Assembly (NCBI RefSeq): GCF_004010195.1
Contig: NC_057718.1
Location: 40,661,173-40,725,172 of the forward strand
DNA length: 64,000 nt
Direction: 5' to 3'
Source of the DNA: Chiloscyllium plagiosum
Taxonomy: Eukaryota
Below are positions 53,421-64,000 of this stretch, piece by piece; positions within the stretch are counted from its first letter, which is position 1; the number at the start of each line of letters is the position of its first letter. The translations under genes were made by a program, and so were the position numbers. The notes under the pieces are model-generated. The model worked only from the letters and a program-made list of their open reading frames with translations, ran no database searches and was not told where the DNA came from.

Positions 53421-54284
53421 AAATATATTTGACATGAGCACATATGACCCCATACCAGATGCTGGCACTGGGCCGGTGCTCAGTCTTCCAGTCTTCTTGG
53501 TTTTTCTTCATTTTCTGCCAACTTGTGGATGTGCAATGTGACAGGTCTGCAATGGAAAGGCTGTACAGTTTTAAGGTCCCAACTGTTCCCACAAAAGCAT
53601 GTTTGACAAGCTCAGTCCAGATGCACACAAGCAAGTTAATAAATCCTCAGGGTTTAGGATTCTCACAGCTTTGGCCATTAACAATCTCAACACTTTCCAA
53701 GCCAGAGGAAACCAGCAGTAGGTGAGAATAATAGTCTTCATAGAAATTGGGAACAATATCATGCTTGGAGTTTCTTTAACTGTGCTCTCTGTTTACTGAC
53801 ATCCAATCACTGAAAGTACAAAAACACTGCCTGCAACAGGGCAGGGAGATTCTCAGCCTATGACTCCTCACAAATTTACTCACTTCACCTTTTTAGTAAT
53901 CACTTCCACCATGAGCAAAATATGGACCTATGAGAGACACTTAAATGCATCACTCCTTGTAGATATTAAAAGGTTAACTGCTGTTAAGAGTACATCTCAG
54001 AAGACATTACTAGGTGAAATTAAAAAAGTACATCAGTGGCAACTTTAGAAATCAGTTACATAGTATTTCAGATGTTATCTCAGATCCAGCTTTAAGGAGC
54101 TTAAGTGCCAGTCAAGAGATTAGAATATGGAGCCAGAGGATTTGCTAAGATCTCTGTGCCATTCAGTTTAAAGGTGATTATGGAAATTTGCTTCAAAGGC
54201 AATGCTGTCTGATTGTCTAGGAACTCGGTGTAGATGGTCTTGGGAAATCCACAGAGTAATTAAAAAAGTGAAAAGCAATTTCAC

Positions 54285-54690
54285 ATGCTGGAAATCTGAA
54301 ATAAAAGCAGAAAATGATGGAAAACCTTTGCAGGCCGGACACTATTTGTGGAGGGAGACACAGAGTTCAGGTCAGTGAGCTTTCATCAGAATTAAGGCAA
54401 GTTAGAGTCGTGTTTGGCTTTAAGCGAATGAAGGGGGAATGATGAAGAAAAATGCTAAAGGGGAGATTGTGATAACAGGAAGTGCAGGAGCAGTGACAAA
54501 AGAGTTGGTGGTGCAACACCAAAGGGATTGTTAAATGGGCAAGGAATAAGTGACGTTTCTAGAGGAGCAAATTAGTGTAGATGCTGGAATCTGTACGAAA
54601 ACAAAAATGCTGGAAATCACAGCAGATTAGGCAGCATCCGTGGATTGAGAGCAAGCTAATGTTTCAAGTTGAGATAACTCCTCATCCTAC
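54285..54690 (-). mobile_element. Two degenerate PLE 3' termini
   Basis: atgctggaaatctgaaataaaagcagaaaatg...ctttcatcaga and gatgctggaatctg...ggcagcatccgtgga blocks, each with a decayed CUGANGA...GAA motif on the minus strand. Confidence 0.55.
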
Positions 54691-56211
54691 TTCTCGAGAG
54701 GAGTGTGAATGGCAAAATGGTGGATAGCTGCTCTCCAAAAGAGAAAACAGAAACAAGAGAACAACCAAAACCAAAAACGAAGACAACATGGCAAGAGAGG
54801 TTATGTGTGATATAGTTGAATGCTGTGTTGAGTTCAGAAGAGCACCTCGTCAAAGTAATTTACCTGCTGCATAAGAATGGAACAGAAATACAATTTCATT
54901 TAATTACTGGAGAGTGAATTACAATAAGTACATTGAATTAGAATTTTCTTTACGATTTCAAACAAGTATGCTGTTTTGAAAAATGTAGGGGGTGATGGAT
55001 TCTCAGTGGAACATAACACGAACAGCCAACTTTCTGGTATTGAGACTGGCTCTAAAGCAATGAGGGATACCTCAGGTTCCAAGAGATCAATTGTGTTAGG
55101 GGATTCTCTAGCCAGAGGTACAGACAGATGTTTCTGTGGCCAGCAGCAAAAAAACAGAATGGTGTGTTGCTTCCCTGGTGCCAGGATCAAGGATGTCTCA
55201 GAGAGGGTGCAGAATGTTCTCAAGGGGGAGAGGGGTCAGCAGGAAGTCATTGTCCACATTGGGACCAATGATATAGAAGGGAAAAAGGTTGAGATTCTGA
55301 AGGGAGAGTACAGAGAGTTAGGCAGGAATTTAAAAAGGAGGTCCTTGAGAATAGTAACATCTGGATTACCCCCAGTGCTATGAGCTAGTGAGGACAGGAA
55401 TAGGAGGATACAGCAGATGAATTCATGGTTGAGGAGCTGGGTGTGTGGGAGAAGGATTCACATTTTTGGATCATTGGAAGCACTTTGGATAGAAGTGACC
55501 TGTACAAGAAGGATGGTTGCACTTAAATTGGAAAGGAACTAATATACAGGCAGGGAAATTTGCTCGAGCTGCTCGAGAGGGTTTAGATTAGTAAGGCGGG
55601 TATGGCGGCCCAGAGAGATAGTGAGGGAAGCGATCAATCTGAAACTGGTGCAGTTGAGAACAAAGGTGAGTCAAACAATCAGGGCAGGCAGGAACAAAGC
55701 AGAGAACAAGGTTGGACTGATAAATTAAATTGCCTTTATTTCAATGTAAAAGGCCTAATAGGGAAGGCAGATGAACTCAGGGCATGGTTAAATACATGGG
55801 ACAGGAATATCATAGCAATTACAGAAACATGGCTCAGGGATGGACAGGACTGGCAGCTTAATGTTCCAGGTTCCAAAGCTACAGGAAGAACAGAAAGGGA
55901 GGCAAGAGAGGAGGGGGAGTGGCATTTTTGATAAGGGATAGCATTACAGCTGTGCTGGGGGAGGATATTCCCGGAAATATATTCAGGGAAGTTATTTGGA
56001 TGGAACTGAGAAATAAGAAAGAGATGATTACCTTATTGGGATTGTAGTATAGACCCCCTAATAGTCAGAGGGAAATTGAGAAACAAATTTGCAAGGAGAT
56101 CTCAGTTATCTGTAACAATAATTGGGTGGTTATGGTAGGGGATTTTAACTTTCCAAACCTAGACTGGGACTGCCATAGTGTTAAGGATTTAGATGGAGAG
56201 GAATTTGTTAA

Positions 56212-56528
56212 GATTAGATTAGATTTGTCTACTTATAGTGTGGAAACAGACCCTTCGGTCCAACAAGTCCACACCGACCCTCTGAAGAGCAACCCACCCA
56301 GTCCCATTCTCCTATGTTTACCCCTGACTAATGTACCTAACACTATGGGCAATTTAGCATGGCCAATTCACCTACACTGCACATCTTTGGACTGTGGGAA
56401 GAAACCAGAGTACCCAGAGGAAACATACGCAGACACGGGGAGAACGTGCAAACTCCACACACACAGTTGCCCGAGGTGGGAATTGAACCCGGATCTCTGG
56501 CACTGTGAGGCAGCAGTGCTAACCACTG
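56212..56528 (-). mobile_element. HE1-type V-SINE nested in CR1 ORF2
   Basis: (gatta)n tail and V-domain; the flanks rejoin as ttaag-tgtgtacaag, as in the uninterrupted copy near 36640. Confidence 0.9.
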
Positions 56529-58122
56529 TGTACAAGAAAAATTTCTGATTCAGTATGTGGATGTACCGACTAGAGACGGTGCAAAACTTGACCTACTCTT
56601 GAGAAATAAGGCAGGGCATTTGTCTGAGGTATCAGTGGGGGAGCACTTTGGGGCCCGCGACCATAATTCTATTAGTTTTTAAATAGTGATGGAAAGAGAT
56701 AGACCAGATCTAAAAGTTGAAGTTCTAATTTGGAGAAAGGCTAATTTAGATGATAATAGGCAAGAACTTTCAAAAGCTGAATGGGGGAAGATGTTCGCAG
56801 GTAAGGGAATGGCTGAAAACTGGGAAGCCTTCAGAAATGAGATAACGAGAATCCAGAGACAGTATATTCCTGTTAGGATGAAAGGAAAGGCTGGTAGGTA
56901 TAGAGAATGCTGGATGACTAAAGAAATTGAGGGTTTGGTTAAGAAAAAGAAGGAAGCATATGTAATGTATAGACAGGATAGATTGAGTGAATCCTTAGAA
57001 GAGTATAAAGACAGTAGGAATATACTTAAGAGGGAAATCAGGAGGGCAAAAAAGGGGACATGAGATAACTTTGGCAAATAGAATTAAGGAGAATTCAAAG
57101 GGATTTTACAAATAGATTAAGGACAAAAGTGTAACTAGGGAGAGAATAGGGCCCCTCAAAGATCAGCAAGACGGCCTTTGTGTGGAGCCACAGGAAATGG
57201 GTGAGATACTAAATGAATATTTTGCATCAGTATTTACTGTGGAAAAGGACATGGAAGATATAGAATGTATGGAAATAGATGGTGACATCTTGAAAATTGT
57301 CCATATTACAGAGGAGGAAGTGTTGGATGTCTTGAAATGCATAAAAGTGGATAAATCCCCAGGAACCAAACAGGTGTACCCTAGAACTCTATTGGAAGCT
57401 AGGGAGTGATTGCTGGGGCTTCTTACTGAGATATATATATATCATCGATAGTCACAGGTGAGATGCCGGAAGACTGGAGGTTTGCTAACATGGTGCCACT
57501 GTTTAGGAAAGGTGGTAAATGAGCTTGATATCGGTGGTGCATAAGTTGTTGGAGGGAATCTTGAGGGACAGGATGTACATGTATTTGGAAAGGCAAGGAC
57601 TGATTAGGGATAGTCATCATGGCTTTGTGCATGGGAAGTCATGTCTCACAAACTTGATTGAGTTTTTTGAAGAAGTAGCAAAGAGGATTGATGAGTGGCA
57701 GTATGGACTTCAGTAAGGCGTTTGACAAGGTTCCCCATGGGAGACTGGTTAGCAAGGTTAGATCTCATGGAATACAGGAAGAACTAGCCATTTGGATACA
57801 GAACTGGCTCAAAGATAGAAGACAGAGGATGGTGGTGGAGGGTTGGTTTTCAGACTGAAAGCCTGTGACCAGAAGGATCAGTGCTGGGTCCACTATTTGT
57901 CATCATTTATATAAATGATTTGGATGTGAGCACAAGAGGTATAGTTAGTAAGTTTGCAGATGACACCAAAATTGGAGGTGTAGTGGACAGCGAAGAAAGT
58001 TACCTCAGATTACAATGGGATCTTGGTCAAATGGGTCAATGGGCTAAGAAGTGGCAGATGGAGTTTAATTTAGATAAATGTGAGGCGCTGCATTTTGGGA
58101 AAGCAAATTTTAGCAGGACTTA

Positions 58123-58256
58123 NNNNNNNNNNNNNNNNNNNNNNNNNNNNNNNNNNNNNNNNNNNNNNNNNNNNNNNNNNNNNNNNNNNNNNNNNNNNNN
58201 NNNNNNNNNNNNNNNNNNNNNNNNNNNNNNNNNNNNNNNNNNNNNNNNNNNNNNNN
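58123..58256. other. Assembly gap (N run)
   Basis: 134 N bases. Confidence 1.
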
Positions 58257-58907
58257 AAGATGTTGACAGGGTTGGAGGATTTGAGCTACAGGGAGAGGCT
58301 GAACAGGCTGGGGCTGTTTTCCCTGGAGCATCGGAGGCTGAGGGGTGACCTTATAGATGTTTATAAAATCATGAGGGGCATGGATAGGATAAATAGACAA
58401 AGTCTTTTCCCTGGGGTGCGGGTGTCCAGAGCTAGAGTGCATAGGTTTAGGGTGAGAGGGAAAAAGATATAAAAGGAACCTAAGGGACAACATTTTCATG
58501 CAGAGGGTGATACGGGTATGGAATGAACTGCCAGAGGAAGTGGTGGAAGTTGGTACAATTGCAACATTTAAAAGGCATCTGGATGGGTATATAAATAGGA
58601 AGGGTTTGGAGGGATATGGGCTGGGTGCTGGCAGGTGGGACTAGATTGGGTTGGGATATCTGGTCGGCATGGACAAGTTGGACCGAAGGGTCTGTTTCTG
58701 TGCTGTACATCTCTATGACTCTATGACTCTATATCTTCACTTTCTTGAACTGTCATGGATCACCAGTAAATCGAAGAGATTTCCCTCACTAAATGATTGA
58801 AGTAATTTCCAGGCTTGCTGTAATTTTGTTCTCTCATTTAGAAGTTGAAGCAGAGGTCAAATGCTCTCAATAGATGGGTACATGAGCCTCAGTTATAGGC
58901 ATAAGAT

Positions 58908-59008
58908 ATACACAGAGGAGCCTCGATTATCCAGCATTTGATTAACCAGATTTTGGATTATCTGAACAAGATCGTGAGGCCCTGATGCTTGGCTAACTAT
59001 GTTATCCA
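58908..59008 (+). mobile_element. Possible Tigger/pogo-like DNA transposon end
   Basis: TA-cacagaggagcctcgattatcc with repeated gattatcc/gattaacc subterminal motifs; no partner terminal inverted repeat (TIR) found. Confidence 0.4.
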
Positions 59009-59009
59009 T

Positions 59010-59515
59010 GGAGAAAGTGAGGACTGCAGCTGCTGGAGATCAGAGTCGAGAATGTGGTGCTGGAAACGCACAGCCATTCAGGCAGCATCCGAGGAGCGGG
59101 AGAGTTGACGTTTCGGGCATAAGCTGTTCATCACAAATGAGGCTTGTGGGTGGGGGCTGAGAGATAAGTGGGAGGGGGTGGGGTTGGGGGGAAGGTAGCT
59201 GGTATGAAANNNNNNNGGGTTGGGGGGAAGATAGCTGGTATGAAAGTGAGGGAGAGGGTGACAGGTCAGAGGGGGCAGTCATGGATGGGTCTGGAGGGTG
59301 GTGCCGAGTTGGAGGCTTGGGATTGTGGGGGGGGGGGAGGGAAAAGCTGCTGAAATCCATATTCCTCCTGTGTGGTTACAGGGTCCCAAGACGGAATATA
59401 AGGCCTTCCACCTTCAGGCATCGAGTGGTAACGGTTTGGCTGTGGAGGAGGCCCAGGACCTCCCCCCACATTATCCCAACCTCAAGCCTCCAACTCAGCA
59501 CCACCCTCCAGACAC
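59010..59515 (-). mobile_element. PLE 3' fragment (family A) with GIY-YIG C-terminus and a short inverted 5' piece
   Basis: Minus strand VLGLLHSQTVTTRCLKVEGLIFRLGTL; hammerhead motif at about 59105-59133; 59461-59515 is an inverted copy of about 59285-59335. Confidence 0.8.
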
Positions 59516-59854
59516 AGGTTCCTTTTTATACTTTTAACAGAGGCAGAGGAGAAGCAATAGGGCGGACAGCATAGAGACCCTGTGCAAACGACATAGGGGT
59601 TGTTAATAGTGGAGAAAGAAAACAAACATAAAAGGGGTGGGGCAGGGGTAAATTAAGGTGTGAAAGAGAGAGATTTGGCCCTTGCTTCTGAGCACAAAGT
59701 AAGCAAGATACAAACATGAGATAGGTGGGGGGCAAGTGGGGCTGGGGGCTAGGAGAAATGAAGGGCATAAATAGTGGTCACGTTTAGAAGTTGTTAAATT
59801 CAAAGTTGACACCTCCAGGCTGTAGAGTCCTTCAACTGGAAATTGTTAAATCTC

Positions 59855-60119
59855 GACAGTGCAGGAAGCAGCCATTTGTCCATTGAGTCTGCACTGAACC
59901 TCTGTAGAGCATTCCACCCTTCCCACTCTAGCCCCGTATCCCCGTTTTTACTATGGCCAATCGACCTAACCTGCACATCTTTGGACAGTGGGAGGAAAGC
60001 GAAATACCCAGCAGAACGAAAACAGGGAGAACGTGCAAGCTCCACACAGTCACCCAAGGCTGGGATCGCACCCATGTCACTGGTGCTGTGAGGCAGCAGT
60101 GCTAATCACTGTACCACCC
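59855..60119 (-). mobile_element. Diverged V-SINE
   Basis: V-domain and tRNA head in reverse orientation. Confidence 0.8.
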
Positions 60120-60337
60120 TGTGAAAATGTAGTATTGGCCCTTGTGTTTGAGTTGTGCTTTGTTGGAAAATTACAAGCTCTCATGCAAACACTTCTGTCT
60201 TGGGCATGTCCTGAGAGCTTTGGAATAAATAAACCAACACTAACAGAGGCTTTGCTGAAGATAACAGAAGCAGCAGCGGAACTGAAGCAGGAGCCATGGA
60301 GTTAAGGAGGTAGAAGTGAACATTTCAGTAATGGTGC

Positions 60338-60452
60338 GAAAACAGAAATTGTTGGACAAACGCAGCAGGTCTGGCAGCACCTGAAGAAGGATCTTTGGAC
60401 CTGAAATGTTAACTCTGCTTCTCTCTCCACAGATGCTGTCAAATCTGCTGAG
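60338..60452. mobile_element. Fold-back PLE terminus, family C, with hammerhead-like motif
   Basis: CUGAAGA-AGGAUC-uuug-GACCU-GAAA-U-GUU at 60381-60410, preceded by an inverted copy of the downstream tail. Confidence 0.6.
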
Positions 60453-61274
60453 GAAGTAAGCACAGAAATTGCTGGAGAGTGCATTTGGGACTGGAAGCTC
60501 ATCTCAGGATCCAGTGCAACACCATGGTGGTGCACTGAAGTGAGAGTGAAACAATGCTGTACTGTGATCATAGCAATTATGCGAGGAGCCTCCACTGCTA
60601 ACCCTGCTTCATTTTACGAGGTTGGAACATGGTTCTTGTGTTCAATTAGGACGCTGGTCACCTGCTCCACCATTGGCACAATTTGGATCTCAACTTGATT
60701 TAAAATTCTAGAATCCCTGGAGTAAGCTGTTGTGTTGGTTCTCCCGAGAAAGAATCTTTGTAATGAACCATTGACAAATCGGAAGGGGTCCAGATTGTAA
60801 CTTGGCTTAATTCCTCAGTTACATCCCAAACATGTATCTCATCGCACTCACCAAACAGGCTACTAAGCTGCCATTTGCGAATTAAGAAATTGAGGATGTT
60901 GGTACTGTCAGCATAAGGTTTGGTTTCACCTTAAATCCTCTAAAGCTATGGATCTTTAAGGGATAAGCAGATAATCCAGTATTGGTAAAGTCTATTAAAT
61001 CACCAAACCTATGCCAAAATGTGATGTTTCTTGATTCTGGTCTGTTTCCCAGCCACTCTGTTACATTCCAGTTGGAGATGCAAATGGTTTGTGCTGGAAT
61101 GGCCAGGAATTTGGGAAACAGTCTAATTTTGTTGAGGAATAATCCTTGAACCCAGAAGCAGCCATTTTTGTTTAAAGATAGCATGAAGCAGGATGGCCAA
61201 GTCTGTACCTTTGGATATGTGCTGCTCCTCTTTCACTTGTTGTCATGACCATTTCCAATGTAGAAATTTTCTTA

Positions 61275-62975
61275 TAGAGTCATAGAGATCTACAATACAG
61301 CAAAGGCTCTTCAGTCCACTGCACTGGTGGAAAACAACCAGCTAAATATTTTCATCTCATTTCCAACACTTGGCCCATCACCTTGTATGCTTTGGTGTCA
61401 CATGTATACATCTAAATACTTCTTAAATGTCATGAATTTAAAATTTCTACCTCCATCATCCGTACAGGCAGTGAGTTCCAGATTCGCAGCACCATCTGTT
61501 TGAAAAAGTTTTCTCACATACCCAGTCAGCCTTCTGTCAGTTCCCTTATATCCATGTGCCCGGTCATTGACCCTCCTCCAAGGGGAAAGGTTACTTCTTG
61601 TTTCCTCTATCTAGTCCTGTCATAATTTTGCACAGACTTTGATATTGGTTAGAGGCAGTGGTGAGGCCCAATGGTGAATGCTGGCACTTGAGGATGGACT
61701 ACTTCAACGTTGGTTGTGTCTGACTGCGAGGCAGTGGAGGATGGATGGCGGTGCAGGCCCCACCGATGTTGATGATCTGGCTCAGGACTGATGGACTGTC
61801 TTTAGGCTAATCTTTCCTTTTTTCCCTCACCCTCAAATTGTTCAAAATGGTGTTGAACTGTGGTAACAAATGAGAGCTTTTTGTTGAATTTTATTCTATT
61901 CTTATCAAAACATACATGTGATATTCAATCATTCATTGGCTAATTGAGGCAAGAATTCCATATGATTTCTTAACCACTTTATCTCCCTGTCCTGAGGGAC
62001 CTGTGGATATGTAGCCCAAGGTCCCTTTGATCCTCTGTGCTTCCCAGGGTCCTATTGTTCATCATGTATTGCCTTGTTTGTCTTGCACAAATGCATCACC
62101 TCACATTTATCTGGTTGAACTCCATTTGCCACTGATCAGCCTGTTTGACCAGCCCCACATTCTCCCCGTGTCTGCGTAGGTTTCCTTCGGGTGCTCCAGT
62201 TTCCTCCCACAGTCCAAAGAATGTGCAGGTTAGGTGAATTGGCCATGCTAAATTGCCCGTAGTGTTAAGTGAAGGGGTAAATGTAGGGGAATAGTTCTGG
62301 GTGGGTTGCTCTTCAGAGGGTCGGTGTGAACTTGTTGGGCTAATGGGCCTGTTTCCACACTGTAAATAATCTAATCTAATATAATCTAATGTAACCTAAT
62401 CTCTTGTCATTCCAGCCTACCCTCCTTACTATTTACCACTCCACCAATACTTGAATCATCCGCGAATTTAGTGATCAACCCCCCCTATGTTTGAGTTTCA
62501 ACCATTTATATAGACCACACAAAGCCCCCAACACTGATCCCCATGGAACTCCAGCAGGCACAGGCTCCAGTCACAAAAGCACCTATCAACCATCACCTTC
62601 TGCTTCCTGCCACCCAGCCAGTTCTGGATCCAATTAGCCAAATCTTGCATCAAATGGCTCATACCTTCACCATCAGTCTCCCGTGAAGGGCCTTATCAAA
62701 AGCCTAGCTGAAGTCAAAGTTGACCACATCAAATGCATTGCCATTATCTACATATTTGGTTACCTCTTTGAAAAATCCAATCAAGTTGGTCAGATATGAC
62801 TTCCCCTTAACAAAACCTTGCTCACTGTTCTTGATTAATCACTGCCTCTCCGAGTGAAGAATAATTCTGTCCCTCAGAATTGCTTCCAATAGTTGCCCCA
62901 CTCCCAAGGTTAGACTGACTGGCCTATAGATTCCGGGTTTATCCCTTGATCCCTTCTTGAACAATGGTACCAGCC
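61275..62975 (-). mobile_element. Diverged CR1 LINE (RT to 3' end) with nested insertions
   Basis: tagagtcatagaga tail and antisense RT blocks; nested retroposon at about 61640-61936 and V-SINE at 62156-62400. Confidence 0.75.
62156..62400 (+). mobile_element. HE1-type V-SINE, 5'-truncated
   Basis: V-domain and (taatc)n tail. Confidence 0.9.
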
Positions 62976-63765
62976 TTGCTGTTCACAATCCTCTTCCTAA
63001 ACAGCAATGTGTGTCATTAAGTATGAGCCTTAGACTGAAAGATATGACTGGGGTAATCTGTAAATTAATACCTAATACCCTTCTTGCTCAGCTAAATGCT
63101 TAAAATGGGACTGCTGCAACATTCCCTAGTCCTTCTGCTCTTCTTGTTTAAGAATAGAAGCAACAGAAATAAAAATAGAAGTCTTAATCCAAGGGCTGAG
63201 CAGTATTTTGCGAGTGAACTGTGTGTGTATAGGGGAAAGGGAGCTTCATGTGGAAGGAAGCAGAAGGTAATCATTGGTGTCCATGACATCGGTTGTGTTT
63301 ACTTTGCTGCCTTTACTTACACCAGTACTTTAGAGTCATTTAGTAATCACTGGGTCAAACACCGAAACTCCCTTCCTAACACTGTGGGTGTATCTACATC
63401 AAAATAGACTGCAGGGGTTCAAGAAGTTTTCTAACCACCTCCTTAATTAGGGATGGGCAACAAATGTTGGCTTTGTCACAGATGCTCATCTCCCATTGAA
63501 TAAGCAAAATTGATATAATTGCCCCTGAATCTACCCCAGTGATCTATGAGAATTCACAATGTATTACTATCTGGCACACCAATAGATTAATAATGCTATT
63601 TGTCATGTTGCAATTTTGGTGCAACTCCTGTTTTTTTTATCACAATCAAATGTCAATCCTTTTGCTGCTTTGAAAAGCAGCGTTATAGGTCTGTGCTGTT
63701 TGATGGAAGTGGCTGGAATAAGTTCAAGGGACGGAGCCTTATGATTTTTTTTGGCTGAGTCTGAG

Positions 63766-64000
63766 CTATGTCAAGTTTTTTTTTGTGAGGCCTTAGTGAG
63801 TTCTGTATCTGACCAAACCCACCTCTTTAAGTATTTACCCCACCCCTATAGCTTTTCCCACATCCAATTCCAGCTTCACTGTTCTACACAGCATATCCAG
63901 AATAGCTCTCCACTCACCTATGTCAAGTTTTTTTTTGTGAGGCCTTATTGAGTTCTGTATCTGACCAAACCCACCTCTTTAAGTACTTACCCCACCCCTA
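63766..64000. repeat. About 152-bp tandem repeat running off the window end
   Basis: ctatgtcaagttttt...gtgaggcctta(g/t)tgagttctgtatctgaccaaacccacc starts at both 63766 and 63918. Confidence 0.9.

Larger units (their letters stand above)
54953..58730 (+). mobile_element. Near-full-length CR1 LINE (ORF1 esterase, ORF2 APE-RT, 3' tail), disabled; contains a SINE and an assembly gap
   Basis: ORF1: IVLGDSL, CFPGARIKDV, VHIGTND. ORF2: LYFNVKGL, IAITETWL, GDFNFP, KFADDTK. Tail ctctatgactctatgact. Confidence 0.95.

Noticed and set aside
59150..59345. G-quadruplex regulatory element
   Set aside because: The G-runs are the antisense of the C-rich PLE 3' region and span an assembly gap.
60882..61184. 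100-aa minus-strand ORF
   Set aside because: No recognisable domain, and the length is within chance expectation.

Overview
Repeat-dense vertebrate intergenic or intronic DNA, very probably from a shark: it carries HE1-type V-SINEs and CR1 LINEs that share a 3' tail, plus Deu-domain SINE relics. I found no recognisable host protein-coding exon; the ORFs I can identify are transposon-derived or antisense shadows. Main contents: (1) young CR1 LINEs, with zinc-finger/SGNH-esterase ORF1 and APE-RT ORF2, all disabled; (2) older CR1-clade fragments; (3) about seven V-SINEs; (4) a decayed PIF/Harbinger transposon with convergent Myb/SANT and DDE genes (about 17.2-23.2 kb); (5) many Penelope-like element (PLE) remnants. 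The most notable signal is that the short PLE-derived insertions, in three sequence families, carry minimal hammerhead-ribozyme motifs (CUGANGA-A-stem II-GAAA-N-NUH). Several are 110-260 bp direct or fold-back units flanked by 8-15 bp target-site duplications (TSDs), with boundaries or inversion junctions at the ribozyme. Also seen: a six-copy in-frame tandem amplification of the YIG motif of a PLE GIY-YIG endonuclease, a YY1-motif-headed non-coding retroposon family, a SINE head captured inside a PLE, a local 0.3 kb duplication, and several repeat-free, motif-rich candidate enhancers. All calls are by eye, and element ends are approximate unless a TSD is given.
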